Source: Cetorhinus maximus (taxonomy: Eukaryota). Taken from it: a DNA stretch of 64,000 bases. Each line of letters begins with the position of its first letter. Position 1 is the stretch's first letter. Below are positions 35,334 to 46,890 of the stretch, piece after piece. Location of the stretch: positions 89,714,001-89,778,000 of the forward strand of contig NC_135896.1 of assembly GCF_964194155.1 (NCBI RefSeq), given 5' to 3'. The notes beneath the pieces were generated by a model that was not told where the DNA came from, ran no database searches, and saw only the letters and a list, made by a program, of their open reading frames with translations. The position numbers were made by a program, and so were the translations under genes.

Positions 35334-38221
35334 TAGAAACATAGAAAATAGGAGCAGGAGTGGATCATTCGGCCCTTCAAGCCTGCTCCGCCATTCAATA
35401 TGATCATGGTCGATCCTCTATTTCGACACCATACTCCCACTCTCTCCCCATACCCCTTGAAACCTCTACAGTCTAGAAATCTATGTATTTCCTTCTTAAA
35501 TATATTCAATGACTTGGCCTCCATAGCCTTCTGTGGTAGAGAATTTCACAGGTTCACCACCCTCTGAGTAAAGAAATTTCTCTTTATCTCAGTCCTAAAT
35601 GGCCTACCCCGTATCCTGAGACTGTGATTCCTTGTTCTAGACTCCTCAGCCGGAGGAAACATCATCCCTACATCCAGTCTGTCCTGCCCTGTCAGAATTA
35701 TATACGTTTCAATGAGGTCCCCTCTCATTTTTCTAAACTCCAGCGAATACAGGCCCAATCAATCCAATCTGTCTGCATATGACAATTCTGCCATCCCAGG
35801 AATCAGTCTGGTGAACCTTCACTGCACTCCCTCTATGGCAAGTATATCCTTTCCTAGGTAATGAAACCAGAACTGCACACAATACTCCAGGTGTGGTCTC
35901 ACCAAGGCCCTGTTCAGTAAGACATCCTTGTTCCTGTACTCAAATCCTCTTGCAATGAAGGCCAACATACCATTTGCCTTCTTAACTGCTTGCTGCACCT
36001 GCATGCTTGCTTTCAGTGATTGGTGTACAAGGACGCCCAGGTCACTTTGCATCTCAATATTTCCCAGTCTATCACCACTTAAATAACACTGCCATTCTGT
36101 TTTTCCTACCAAAGTGGATAACTTCACACTTATCCATATTATACTGCATCTGCCATGTATTTGCTCACTCACTCAACCTGTCTAAATTTCCTTGAAGCCT
36201 CTTAACATCCTCCTCACCACTCACTTTCTCACCTAGTTTTGTGCGGTCAGCAAACTTGGAAATATTACATTTGGTTTCCTCATCCAAATCATTGATATAT
36301 ATTGTGAATAGCTGGGGCCCAAGCACTGATCCCTGTGGTACCCCACTAGTCACCACCTGCCACTCCATTTATTCCTACTCTCCGTTTCCTATCTGCTAAC
36401 CAATTCTCAATCCATGCTAATATATTAACCCCAATCCCATGTGCTTTAATTTTGCACACTGACCTCTTATGTGGACTTTTAGGTTTTCTGAAAATCCAAA
36501 TACACCACCACATCCACTGGTTCTCCCTTATCTATTCTGCTAATTACATCCTCAAAACAGTAGGTTTGTCAAACATGATTTCCCTTTCATAAATCCATGT
36601 TGACTTTGTCTAATCCCATTGATATTTTCTAGGGGGAGAATTTTCTCCCCATCGGGGGGGGGTGGGGGGTGCTGAGCAATAGCAGACATGCAGCCAATCG
36701 CCGCCCGCAATCTGCTGCGCGCCGCCATTTTACGTGGGCGGGCCAATTAAGGCTCGTCCAGTGTGACGCGCACCTGGAAGTGCTGAGCGCTTCCTGTACT
36801 GGCGGGGGGAGGGGGTTGAGTCCAGGCCTGCGGTCTTTCACGCATGCACACGAAAGAGCGCAGAAATCTCCCTGAGGCATGGAGCTGCCTTGAATTGATA
36901 TTTAAATGGCCTTAATAGGCCTTTGACAGTTCAATGGGCACCCTGCCGACTCCAGTGCACGCCCGTCAAACTGAAAGTCTGAATGACGCACGGTGATGTC
37001 GGGATGCACACCCGACCTCACCACAACCAATATATCCACTATTTCCATGGCCACTTCCTTTAGTACCCTGGAATGTAGAATGTCAGGCCCCGAGGATTTA
37101 TCAGCTTTCAGTCCCATTCATTTCTCCAACACTACTTTTTTTTACTAATACTAATTTCCTTCAATTCCTCCTGCTCACTAGACCCTTGGTTCCCTGGCAT
37201 TCCTGTGAAGTTACTTGTGTTTTCTTCTGTGAAGTCAGAATTAAAATAGTTGTTTAATTGCTCTACTATTTTCTTGTTCTCTATTATAGATTCTCCCGTT
37301 TCAGATTGTAAGGGACCTACATTTATCTTCACTAATCTTTTTCTTTTTACATGTTTATTGAAGCTTTTACAGTCCGCTTTTATGTTTACTCTCATGCACT
37401 ATTTTTTTCCTCTTATCAATCTCTTGGTCCTCCTTTGCCAAATTCTAAGTTGTTCCCAATCCTTAGGCTTGATACTTTTTCGAGCAACTTTATATGATTC
37501 TTCTTTAGATCTAATACTATCCTTAATTTCTTTTGTTAGCCATGGTTGGGCCACTTTACCTGTTGTGTTTTTGCACCAGAAAGGCATGTATAACTGTTGC
37601 AATGCATACATTAGTTCCTTAAATATTGTCTATCTATTGTCACGTTGTTTAATGGAGTTCTCCAGTCTATCATAGCAAACTCATCCCTCATACCTTCATA
37701 GTTTCCTTTGTTCAGATTTAGGGCGCTAGTTTAGGATTGGATTACTTCACTTTCCATCCTAATGAAGAATTCTATCATGTTATGGTCACTCTTCCCTAAA
37801 GGGGAGAGGCACAACAAGATTGTTAATTAACTCCTTCTCACTGCACAATACCAAATCTAGGATAGCCTGTTTCCTAAATTGGTTCCTCAGCATACTCCAA
37901 AAAACCATCCTGTATACACTCCAGGAATTCATCCACCAGAGCATTATTGCTAATTTGGTTTGCCCAATCTATATATAAATTAAAGTCACCCACGATGACT
38001 GTAGTTACATGTCTGATGCCATCCCCTACCTTACCACTATTGTTTGGAGGCCTATACACAGCTCCCTCTAATGTTTTCCACCCCTTGTTGCTTTTTAGTT
38101 CCACTCAGGCTAATTCTACATCTAGATTTTCTGAGCCAATATCCTTTTTCACTATTATACTCATTTCACCCTTAACTAACAACGCCACCCCACCTCCTTT
38201 TTCTTTTTGCCTGTCCTTCCT
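35334..38221 (-). mobile_element. CR1 LINE ORF2 (AP endonuclease to RT), many lesions
   Basis: VYRPPN..IVGDFN (APE); KSSGPDILHSRVLKE; QHGFMKGKSCLTNL; [22 protein letters not shown]; KFADRTKLG. Confidence 0.97.
36633..37021. mobile_element. Internally deleted multi-hairpin MITE inside the CR1
   Basis: Left TIR GGGGAGAATTTT; matches the 28948 copy; right TIR lost. Confidence 0.8.
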
Positions 38222-39764
38222 TGTAGCATAGGTTTATAAGCACTGCAGCCGATCTGGATTAGCTGGTTTCATGGATGTGATCAGAAGTAGAAGATGTTGC
38301 AATTATGATGAGATCTTGGCTTGCTGATAGATTTCTAATGGTGTTGGCTTCCGAACTGGGTAATACACTTGTTTCAAAAGAGAGAGAGACAGCCCAGCTT
38401 TCAGCCTGTTTCCTCTACTGAAGTCTCGCTTGCAATCTCTCTGCAGTAGCTGCAGCCTGGCCTGTTATACTTCACCCATTGTGTAAGGGGTTTTGGGTGG
38501 GTCTGTCTGTGGCAGCCATTATTTCAATATCCAGCACTTTGCATTTTAATGTCCCTTCCTTAGACGGTGATGAGTTTCGCTGGGTCTCTGAATTATAGGA
38601 AATGTCTCTCTCTCTCTTCTCACTCCCCTGCCTGATTCTCACCTTTACCTTAGAAGGTGGCCTTGCGTTTTTAAGTAGTTTATTCTGCCTCAATTCGATT
38701 GCAAAATTTCCAGTCAGTTAAAAGTTGAAAAATCATACTTTCAAAAAATAAAGGGGTATAGCCTCGTGACAACTTGTGGACAACTGTTTCCCCTTTAAGA
38801 AGCTGTTTACATACTTGAGAAGTCACAGTTTACAAAAAGCACTGCCGCCTTCCAAGTATCAACAAACCCTGAATAGGTTTCTTTTCCTGCTGACTGTGCG
38901 GTGAGAATTTCAATGTCCGTGCTCATTGTGGTATTCAGTGCCTGCTGTCAACTGTCAACAGATGGAATGTTAAGTGTAGATAGTTGCAAGTCATTAATTA
39001 TAGAGATCAGAGTGATATACTATCGAGCTACCCTCTAATCCTTTTCTCTCAGCTTCATGGTCACGGCTGAAGCTTAGACAAATCCTCAAAATCAGATTCT
39101 GCACCAAGAAATGGCTATGCCATTTTAAACCTTAATCTTTCTTGCCAACTCCAACCCACGTAGCAAAGAATTATGTAAAAGATGGCCCGCCCTATCCAGA
39201 CAAACTGTGTCATTAATTATCAATGACAAACAAAAAGTCCTGTTACTTCAGAAACACAATCATTGATGTTGACCTTATTTAGCAAAGTGTCAGCATTGAC
39301 GGCTTAAAGAGTTTTGTATTAATCAAGTTGCAACGATACTGACTAGCCAATAATTTATGGCAGCAATTCGCAGTACATTCTTAAATTCAAAGCCTGCTGC
39401 TCAGAAATAGATCAACCCATGCCAGACCAGTTGGTTTCTGAGATCCACAGCAGATAACGTGGAGTGGTTCCCCACGGCGGGATTTATTCTAAAAACATTG
39501 ATAGGACCACGCAAATGAGGGCTTAACTAAAATGCCTGTTCCAGTTACCAAGGCAAAATACTGAATCACTCTTGATATGTGAAACAATGGCAGCAGCAGT
39601 GACAAACCTGCATTAATGAGCTCCAGCTTGTTATCAGCACGCTCGAATTTACCTCCTGAAAGGCTTGCCCTGTACGAGTGAGAAACTCGTTTGCATGGCA
39701 TCTCCCTGCAGGAACTGTCATTACACAAAGGCCTGCCTGGTCAACTGGGAAAGGAAGCCAAGTG

Positions 39765-40050
39765 TAAGTGTGTGAGTCAATGTCGGTGTGCATGTGCATG
39801 AAGGGAGCAAGAGTGCACGTTTGAGAGCGTGTATGTGAGTGTGAAAGGAGAGAGCAATTGTGCGAGTGTGCATGAGTGAATGTGAAGGGAGAGGGTGTGG
39901 GTGTATCACAATATGTGTGTGTGAGTGGTGTAGGTGTGAAGGTATAGAGAGCATGCTTGTGTGCGCACGTGTGTATGAGTGGCTGTGAAGTGTGTGCGCG
40001 CGCTTGCCTTCGTGCGGTGCGTGCGTGTGTGCGCAGTGCGTATATGTGAG
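39765..40050. repeat. Degenerate (TG)n-rich low-complexity tract
   Basis: Visible. Confidence 0.75.
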
Positions 40051-40153
40051 AGTTTTGCTGAATAAGTGAGCGAATGTCTAAGTGATTGTGCAGTGCATAT
40101 GTGTCAATTTAAGTTTATGAGAGCCAGTTGGAGGATGTCACAATTGAAATATA

Positions 40154-40269
40154 GGGCGGAATTTTATGCCCCATTGCCGCTGGGGTGGAGCTGTAAAATA
40201 CAGCGAGCCGTTCAAAAGTCCACTGACTTTGGCGCGACTGGAAAATCCCGCCGGTGTAAAATTCTGCTA
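40154..40269. mobile_element. Short Harbinger-like MITE (~115 bp)
   Basis: GGGCGGAATTTTA...TAAAATTCTGCTA; TSD ATA/ATA. Confidence 0.7.
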
Positions 40270-41067
40270 ATAATTAAATAACTCAAGAAGTTGACTAACT
40301 CAATACAGTGGGAGGTACAGCATGAAGCCAAGGGATACCAGTTAAATGCACAAACAAGTCAAAAACATTCAATAATAGGCAACAGAGCTTTACAAAATAT
40401 TTTTGGTGGGCAGCAATTATAATCATTCCAATTGCCAGTAAACTTCAGGGTGAAGATGTTGCGCTGGGATTTAATTGTTATGTCATTGTTCCTCATATTA
40501 TCAAAGGAGTGTTTTACTGACACAAAAGGAACATTGCCAATTGCAAAAGAAAAGGACCTGGGAGTGGTTTTTGTCACATCACACACAGATAAACATGTGT
40601 GTCCAGTTTCACAATGGAGCTTTCTGATGGAAAGTGCATAATTGCATCATAAAATCAGAAAACATACTAATATGCTGGCCATGGCCTTTTATGCCTTATT
40701 CTCTTTTCTAGTGCAGCTGGTAACATTGGGGCATGGTTGCACAGCAATCGGGCAAAGGGATTGAATTGTTTTGGTTTACTTCTCCAGGTTTTTGTCACTT
40801 AAGACACTGATTCATGGTAGAGTATAATTCCATAGTGCTGGCCACTTTCTGGTGTTTTGTTAACACTGGGAACAGAGGACAAGGGGAGGCCATTCAGTAC
40901 AACACTCATGTTCTGCCATTTTGTTAGCCATGGTGATTTGTTGTCTTTTTGATCCAAATTTCCCATTCTTTCTTCATATGTCTTAACCAGTACTTGCCAA
41001 GTAAGTAACTATTTTTAAAGACTCCAATTAATTCTGCATTCATGACCTTCATCGAGATCAAAATCGG

Positions 41068-41465
41068 GATTTATATCATGTCTTTTGTGAACTTAGGACG
41101 TCCCAAAGTGCTTTACAGCCAAAGAAATGCATTGGAAGTGTGGTTACTGCTGTCATGCAAAAACAACGGCAGCCAATTTGCGGACAGCAAGCTCCCATCA
41201 ACAGCAGTGTGATAATGACCAGATCATCTGTTGTTGACATTGGCTGAGTGTTAAATATTGGCCAAGGCACTGGGAGAAGTTCACTGCACTCCTTCAAAAT
41301 AGTTCCATGGAATCCACTTGGAAAGGCAGAGGGTCTCATCTGAAATACGGCACCTTAGACAATACAATACTGCACTCCTTCAGTATTGCACCAGAGTGAC
41401 GGCCAAGATTTTGTGCTCAAGCGTTTGGAGTGGGAATTAGACCCTCCAACTTCTGACTCAGAGGC
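41068..41465 (-). mobile_element. DeuSINE-type SINE
   Basis: GGACGTCCCAAAGTGCTTTACAGCCAA tail; GGCAGCCAATTTGCGGACAGCAAGCTCCCA (Deu-like); tRNA-like head. Confidence 0.75.
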
Positions 41466-42861
41466 CATATCGTAAACTGAAGCAGTGTTATTCAAAATTC
41501 AGGCGGCATCATAACCAAGCCTAACTCTGTCCAACATGTACTCTTTATCTTGCCATCAAGAGCAACCTTGAATGACTATACCCTGAAGACGCAGAAAATT
41601 TGGATTTATTTTAAAGTGCCAGCCAGGGCCAGCAGCTAGGGCACCAAAGCATACACAGACAATCCCAGCCTTACATGAAAACTAAAAGCTTGTACAAAGG
41701 GCTCAACTGTAAATTTGCAATTAGGAAATGGGAGACACACACGGGCGGGAACACGGGAAGACTCGATCAAGAAATGGGGAAGGCCATTTAACACCGTCTG
41801 ATAGCCTCGAACCACATCCAGTCAGCCCCCCGTAGACCTATTGTGTAAAACAAACAAACATTCTTTGCTATCTTCAAAAGGACAATGCCCAGTCTCCGCA
41901 CTGCAATTACTGTACAAGAACATAATTATCAGCCCACCAGGGGGGTCATTGCGCTGTGGCCTTTGTCTAACTAATACCATTAAGTTGTAACTGACAGTAA
42001 AAAATATATAAACTGTGCTCATTTGAACCTCAGTGGAGAAGCGCCTGGATTACCCAGCGTTTGCTCCCCACGTGCGTAATAAAGGAACCACTTGAATATT
42101 GCATCTGGACTCCGAGTGTTGAAATTTTGTACCAGAGTGTTCCTCGGACCTTTCAATCCCAAGTACAATAATCTGACCGAATGATGATCATGGGCTGAAC
42201 TTTGTATCTTCCTGCTCCATCAGGTTCAGCTCCGCACCTTACTGCCTCACTAGAGTTTGCAAGGGTGCCAGCTGAGCAGAGGAGAATTCTGCTTAGGCAT
42301 TCAGTGGCTGTGCCTCAGGTCTGACTTCTCTGACAGCGGGTGTTATGGAGATGGATGAAGTCAGCTCATTGCTGCATCAGTCAATCCAACTGACAAGGAG
42401 GGAGGTGGAACTGACTATGTGTCCGTGCAGGTACTTGCGAGCACCCATGTGTCAAGAAGTGGTTCATTCCACTAACTAATGATGCAATGGGATAGAAAAT
42501 GGGGGTGGGGCAGGGGGAATGTCTCCAAATCAGCTGTAGTAATGGTGTGAACATTTCAGTGAGGTTTCTGCTCCGAGTTTCGGCAGGTCATCAGGAAAAC
42601 TTCCACAGATATTCTATCAAAATAAATCAGATCTGTTTTCACATAGTATTACTCTCCCTTTAAAAGGAGCACTCACTTTGTGCATTTTTTTCTCTCTCAT
42701 TAGCAGGCACACAATGGAATGGCACCTCAATTGAAAAACACTGTTATGCTGCCTTTGTGCAAGGCTATCAAGAAAGCATAAACAAACTAACATTTGTATA
42801 TTCACTTTACACATTTTCCAGATGTCCCAAAGCATTTCACAGCCAATGAAGTACTTCTTTA

Positions 42862-43832
42862 TTGCTGAAATAAAGAGACATACTGTCAAAGCTTTTTCAC
42901 TTGCACTCATCAGGACAGATGCAAGGATACCAAATTTCAAAGGAAGGAACAATTTATACTGCATGAGAAAAGGGTGCCGATTGGTTGACAACTCAACTTT
43001 GATTGGTCAAAGCATTGTCATGGAGAATGCACCAGGGAACTATTGTCCCCCATGCTTTTGCTTAACTCAGAAAAGGCGCAATGTCTGGACATGTTCTTCC
43101 TGCTTGCAGGCAGGGCCCTGTCTATAAATATAGGTGGCTTCTAGCAAGCATAAGTGAGTCACATTGCAAACCCGACTGTTAATCTTAAATTCATTGTTAG
43201 TGTAATTCTTAGAACATTCGGGATTGTTCAGCAAGTGCTGTCCAATTGTGGAATCACATCTAATGTTAGACATCATGTTTTGAGTTTTGCAAGTACGGGC
43301 TGGTTGAGTATGGTCGGTACTCTGCTTATTGTGAGCAGCCGAAGGGAAGTGCTGTTTGATACGATCTGCCAGTCACTGGTACATACAGCCTATGTTTCTA
43401 GCCTCACACCGGCACTGAAATTCATATTTACATTGTTCAGGGAAAACATCTTTTTGGCTTGACGGCAGCATTCAATTAGTGGAAAATACCACTCGTGTTG
43501 TCACCGCATAGTAGCAATGTGAAACGGCTAGCTTAATCTGTTGCTCAATTTTTTGAGGTACCTTACCCTCCTAGGGTAATATGAGGTAGACTGGGCACTT
43601 TTCAAGTCTGAAAGTGGCAGCCTTAGGCCCGTTCGTGAGTATGCGTGATACACAGCGAGCAATGATTTGACTGAGGTAGCCATTATTCCGCAGGGAAGCT
43701 TTGATGCGCCCTATATCGGTGTCAAGTTTGCACAGTAAGCAAACGTTTCGGGCCCTATTTATAAGGTTGCCAATAAGACCAATCTTATAGAGGTGCAGCT
43801 GTAGAAATCCCAACATGTACAGTGTTTTGCGT
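42862..43832 (-). mobile_element. Penelope-like element 3' ~1 kb (RT thumb, GIY-YIG, 3' end)
   Basis: YKIGLIGNLINRARNVC..LRNNGY; YEFQCRCEAR..LADRIKQH; IGQHLLNNPECSKNY..LLEATYI. Confidence 0.9.
42883..42918 (-). ncRNA. Minimal type I hammerhead ribozyme motif (PLE family B)
   Basis: CTGTC-CTGATGA-GTGCAAGT-GAAA-AAGCTTT-GACAG: perfect 5-bp helix I, both core boxes, palindromic AAGCTT. Confidence 0.65.
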
Positions 43833-44140
43833 TATAGTCACTGTTGTAAAGTAGGAAATGCAGCAGCCAATTTGCCCATAGCAGGGTTCCTCAAATGACC
43901 ACGGGATAAATGACCAGATAATCTGTTTCAGTGAAAATGGTTGAGAGATAAATGTTGGCCAGATGATTGGAAGAAACCTCCTGGTCATCTCTGAATATTT
44001 CAAGGGGAATGTCTGCATTGTCCAGAAGGATAGATGGACCCTCAGTTTAACCACTCCTCTGAAAGGCAGCAATTCCAGTGGAGCACCCTCTCAGAGTTGC
44101 TAAACCAGTCTGGAATGTGTGCACAAATCTGGGAAGCCAT

Positions 44141-44307
44141 GGGCCAGGATTTTACAGTCCCTCCCGCCGCGTGGGATATTACAGTCCTGCTGAACTAAAT
44201 GGGGAGTTAAGTGGCTTGCCACCTCCACCGGGGGGGCAGAGGGGGAGGGGTGGGGGCAGTGGGGGAGGGGGGAGGCATGCTGCGGCAGGGCTGTAAAATC
44301 CTGGCCC
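44141..44307. mobile_element. Short Harbinger-like MITE (167 bp)
   Basis: Perfect 17-bp TIR GGGCCAGGATTTTACAG. Confidence 0.85.
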
Positions 44308-45285
44308 ATGTGTACTTGAAACCACGAGCTTCTGATTCGGGGTGAGTGCTACCACTGAGGCAAGGTTAACACTGATGCAAAAATGAAATCATCGCACGAG
44401 CCTGCCCTTCCCCCCCAAGCACCTTTCCATCAAGATGGAGTTCTTTTAACGGAGAAGACAATAACGAGGCACGCTAAGCTTTTACTCGTTTCTATCAGTG
44501 TTAACAGTCAATAGAGTAATGGAATTCAACGTGTATGCGATCATTTTGGATTTGGATTTGCTCCTACTAAGCAAAGTCCTGCCAACAGTTTCTGCTCCCT
44601 GCAGTCACGCTCCTGGCAACTGTTTGCAAGATCCCTGTAAAGACTGGGAGGAAAGGATCCATGACTGTGTGTCACAGCGTGTTGTGAAGTGCTATAAAAT
44701 TTCAATTGTTCGGTTTGGAGAGCAAATGTAAGGTCCTAAGAGATGAGTTTCTGCAATGGAGACAGCTAAAATGAGCCTTCAGCTATTTTCACAGGGGATT
44801 TTCAAAAAAAATAGATGACAGAACTGTATTTCTACCCTTTCGAAAGTAGCTGACAAATGGGATTTCAACTTGGAAGCTTCCAGGTGTATGTGGCTGGTGC
44901 TGGCAGAACTCCACATCATTATTCAGGAAACTCGAGCTCAAAGGATACAAATTGATTTATGCAGATTCCAGGTTGCGTGTCATTTTTTATGACTTAAAAA
45001 ATGGAGGCTTCATGTCATTTGAATCTTAAGCATATTCAATATGCAGTGCCAAACAATTTGGCAGGGGCAAATTTACTTTGGTTCGTCCCCATGGTCACCT
45101 TCATCTTTGTTCTCAATACTGACTGAACAATGGATCTGAATGAACACCATAAGTGAGAAAGAACTCGCATTTATTTAGCGCCTTTCACAGCCTCAAGGTG
45201 TCCCAAAGCATTTAAGCCTGGGCACAATTCTTCAGGGCTCTGCTGAGTGGCTGCTCCGAGTTGTTGTCAGCTGTGGCTCAGGGAA

Positions 45286-45638
45286 GGTGGTAGCATTGTA
45301 GTTTTGTCACTGGACTGGTGTTCCGGAGACAATGCTCTGGGGACCAGGTTCAAATCCCACCATGGCAAATGGTGAAATTTGAATTCAATGAAAAATCTGG
45401 AATTAAAAGTCTGATGATGACCACAAAACCATTGTCAATTGTTGTAAAAACCCACCTGGTTCACTAATGCCCTTTAGGGAAGGAAATCTGCCGTCCTTAC
45501 CTGGTCTGGCCTACATGTGACTCCAGTTCTGCAGCAATGTGATTGACTCTTAAATGCCCTCTGAACATGGGCAATTAAGGATGGGCAATAAATGCTGGCC
45601 TAGCCAGCGACACCCACATCCCATGAATGAGTAAAAAA
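45286..45638 (+). mobile_element. tRNA-headed SINE with CR1-group tail (family of 30451)
   Basis: B box GGTTCAAATCCC; GGTTCACTAATGCCCTTTAGGGAAGGAAATCTGCC; shared tail. Confidence 0.85.
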
Positions 45639-45654
45639 TAGAGCTGTTAATACA

Positions 45655-46062
45655 GTTGTCCCCTGAATCATGGGGCCCTGGGTTCAAATCCCACTCTTGG
45701 ACTTGAGCACAAAAATCAAGGCTGACTCTGCTGCCACCTTTTCAATGAGATGAATGGGGATTTAAATGAATTTACTTTTCTGAGGCCCCGTCTGCCTGCT
45801 TGGATGGATGTAAAAGATCCCATGGCACTACTTTGAAGAAGAGCAAGGACTTATCCCTGGTCTCAGGGGCAATAGTTATCCCTCAATCAGCATTACAGAA
45901 AAACAGCTTACCTGGCCATGATCACATTTCTGTTTGTGGGAGTTTGCACAAACTACCTACTGTATTTCCTACATTACAACAGTAACCATACCTCAAAAAG
46001 TATGGCTGCAAAGTACTTGAGAGGTCTGACGGTCATAAAAAGTATTATATAAATGCGAGTCT
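45655..46062 (+). mobile_element. DeuSINE-type SINE (head probably begins ~45263, split by the preceding SINE)
   Basis: GGTTCAAATCCCACT, CTGTTTGTGGGAG, tail TATATAAATGCGAGT. Confidence 0.75.
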
Positions 46063-46202
46063 ATCTTTTCTCTTTGACCTTTTTCCAACAACAAAAATGG
46101 AGAACAGGGAGGGAGAGCTGCAATCTATAATGAATTTGTTACTTTGTAACTTGCAATTGAAGTTGGCCTCACATTATCTCTCAAATGTAATATTAAGCAG
46201 TT

Positions 46203-46490
46203 GGTCTTGTGGCACAGTGGGTAGCATCCCTGCCTCTAGGCTAGAAGCTCTGGGTTTGAGTTGATGGCCAAGGAAGGTGCATTCATAATGCGGCTAAACA
46301 GGTTGAATATCCACCCACACATCCTGCCTACACACACCAATGGCAGGCGGTAAGAGTGGGATAGGTTCCTGGTCAGCCATGTGATGGAAAGAACATTGGA
46401 GCCACTGTTGTTATCCATAGCTCCATGTAAAAAGTGTATGTTGCCATAGCAACTTGGGCTCCCTGAGTGAACTGTAACAGCCTCTACTGG
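46203..46490 (+). mobile_element. tRNA-headed SINE (family of 52526)
   Basis: GGTCTTGTGGCACAGTGGGTAGCATCCCTGCCTCT head. Confidence 0.75.
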
Positions 46491-46629
46491 ATGTAGAATA
46501 TAAGGCTGCCTTGCATAGGCCCTTCCAATCTGCTAATGCCCCAAGAATAGTTCATGAAGAGACTCTACACAACAGTTCCAGGAGGTGTTATGAAGGCAAT
46601 AAGCACGAGACTTCATGCTTCTATGTTGG

Positions 46630-46890
46630 GAACAACCTGAGGTTATGAATTCACACCACGTCATGGTAAGTTGTGGAGCTGAATTCAATAAACCTGGTGC
46701 AGAAGCATCAGAAAGAAATGACCAGGAAAGAAACCCAACTGGTTCATTGATGTCCTCCAGGGAAAGGAACCAGACAGCCTTAGCAAATCAGGCCCAGTAT
46801 CCTCTGTAAAAGACCATCAAACCACTCAACTGGACAGGGCAACTAGGGTGAGCAATAAATGCAGGCATGCTAGTGGTGCCAACATTGCAT
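46630..46890 (+). mobile_element. Degenerate SINE (family of 30451)
   Basis: AACCCAACTGGTTCATTGATGTCC; GGGCAACTAGGG..CAATAAATGC. Confidence 0.55.

Larger units (their letters stand above)
35013..38771 (-). mobile_element. Probable solo LTR (35013-35333 plus 38222-38771) split by a CR1 insertion
   Basis: TGTTATGA...TCGTGACA termini; reconstructed length ~870 bp; TSD is poor (ACAA/ACTT). Confidence 0.55.
42788..44365 (-). mobile_element. DeuSINE split by PLE and MITE insertions
   Basis: Pieces 42788-42858, 43836-44140 and 44308-44365 rejoin colinearly with 41068-41465. Confidence 0.75.

Noticed and set aside
41934-41948. CTCF-like CCACCAGGGGGGTC
   Set aside because: Mismatch at a key core position; a single weak motif.
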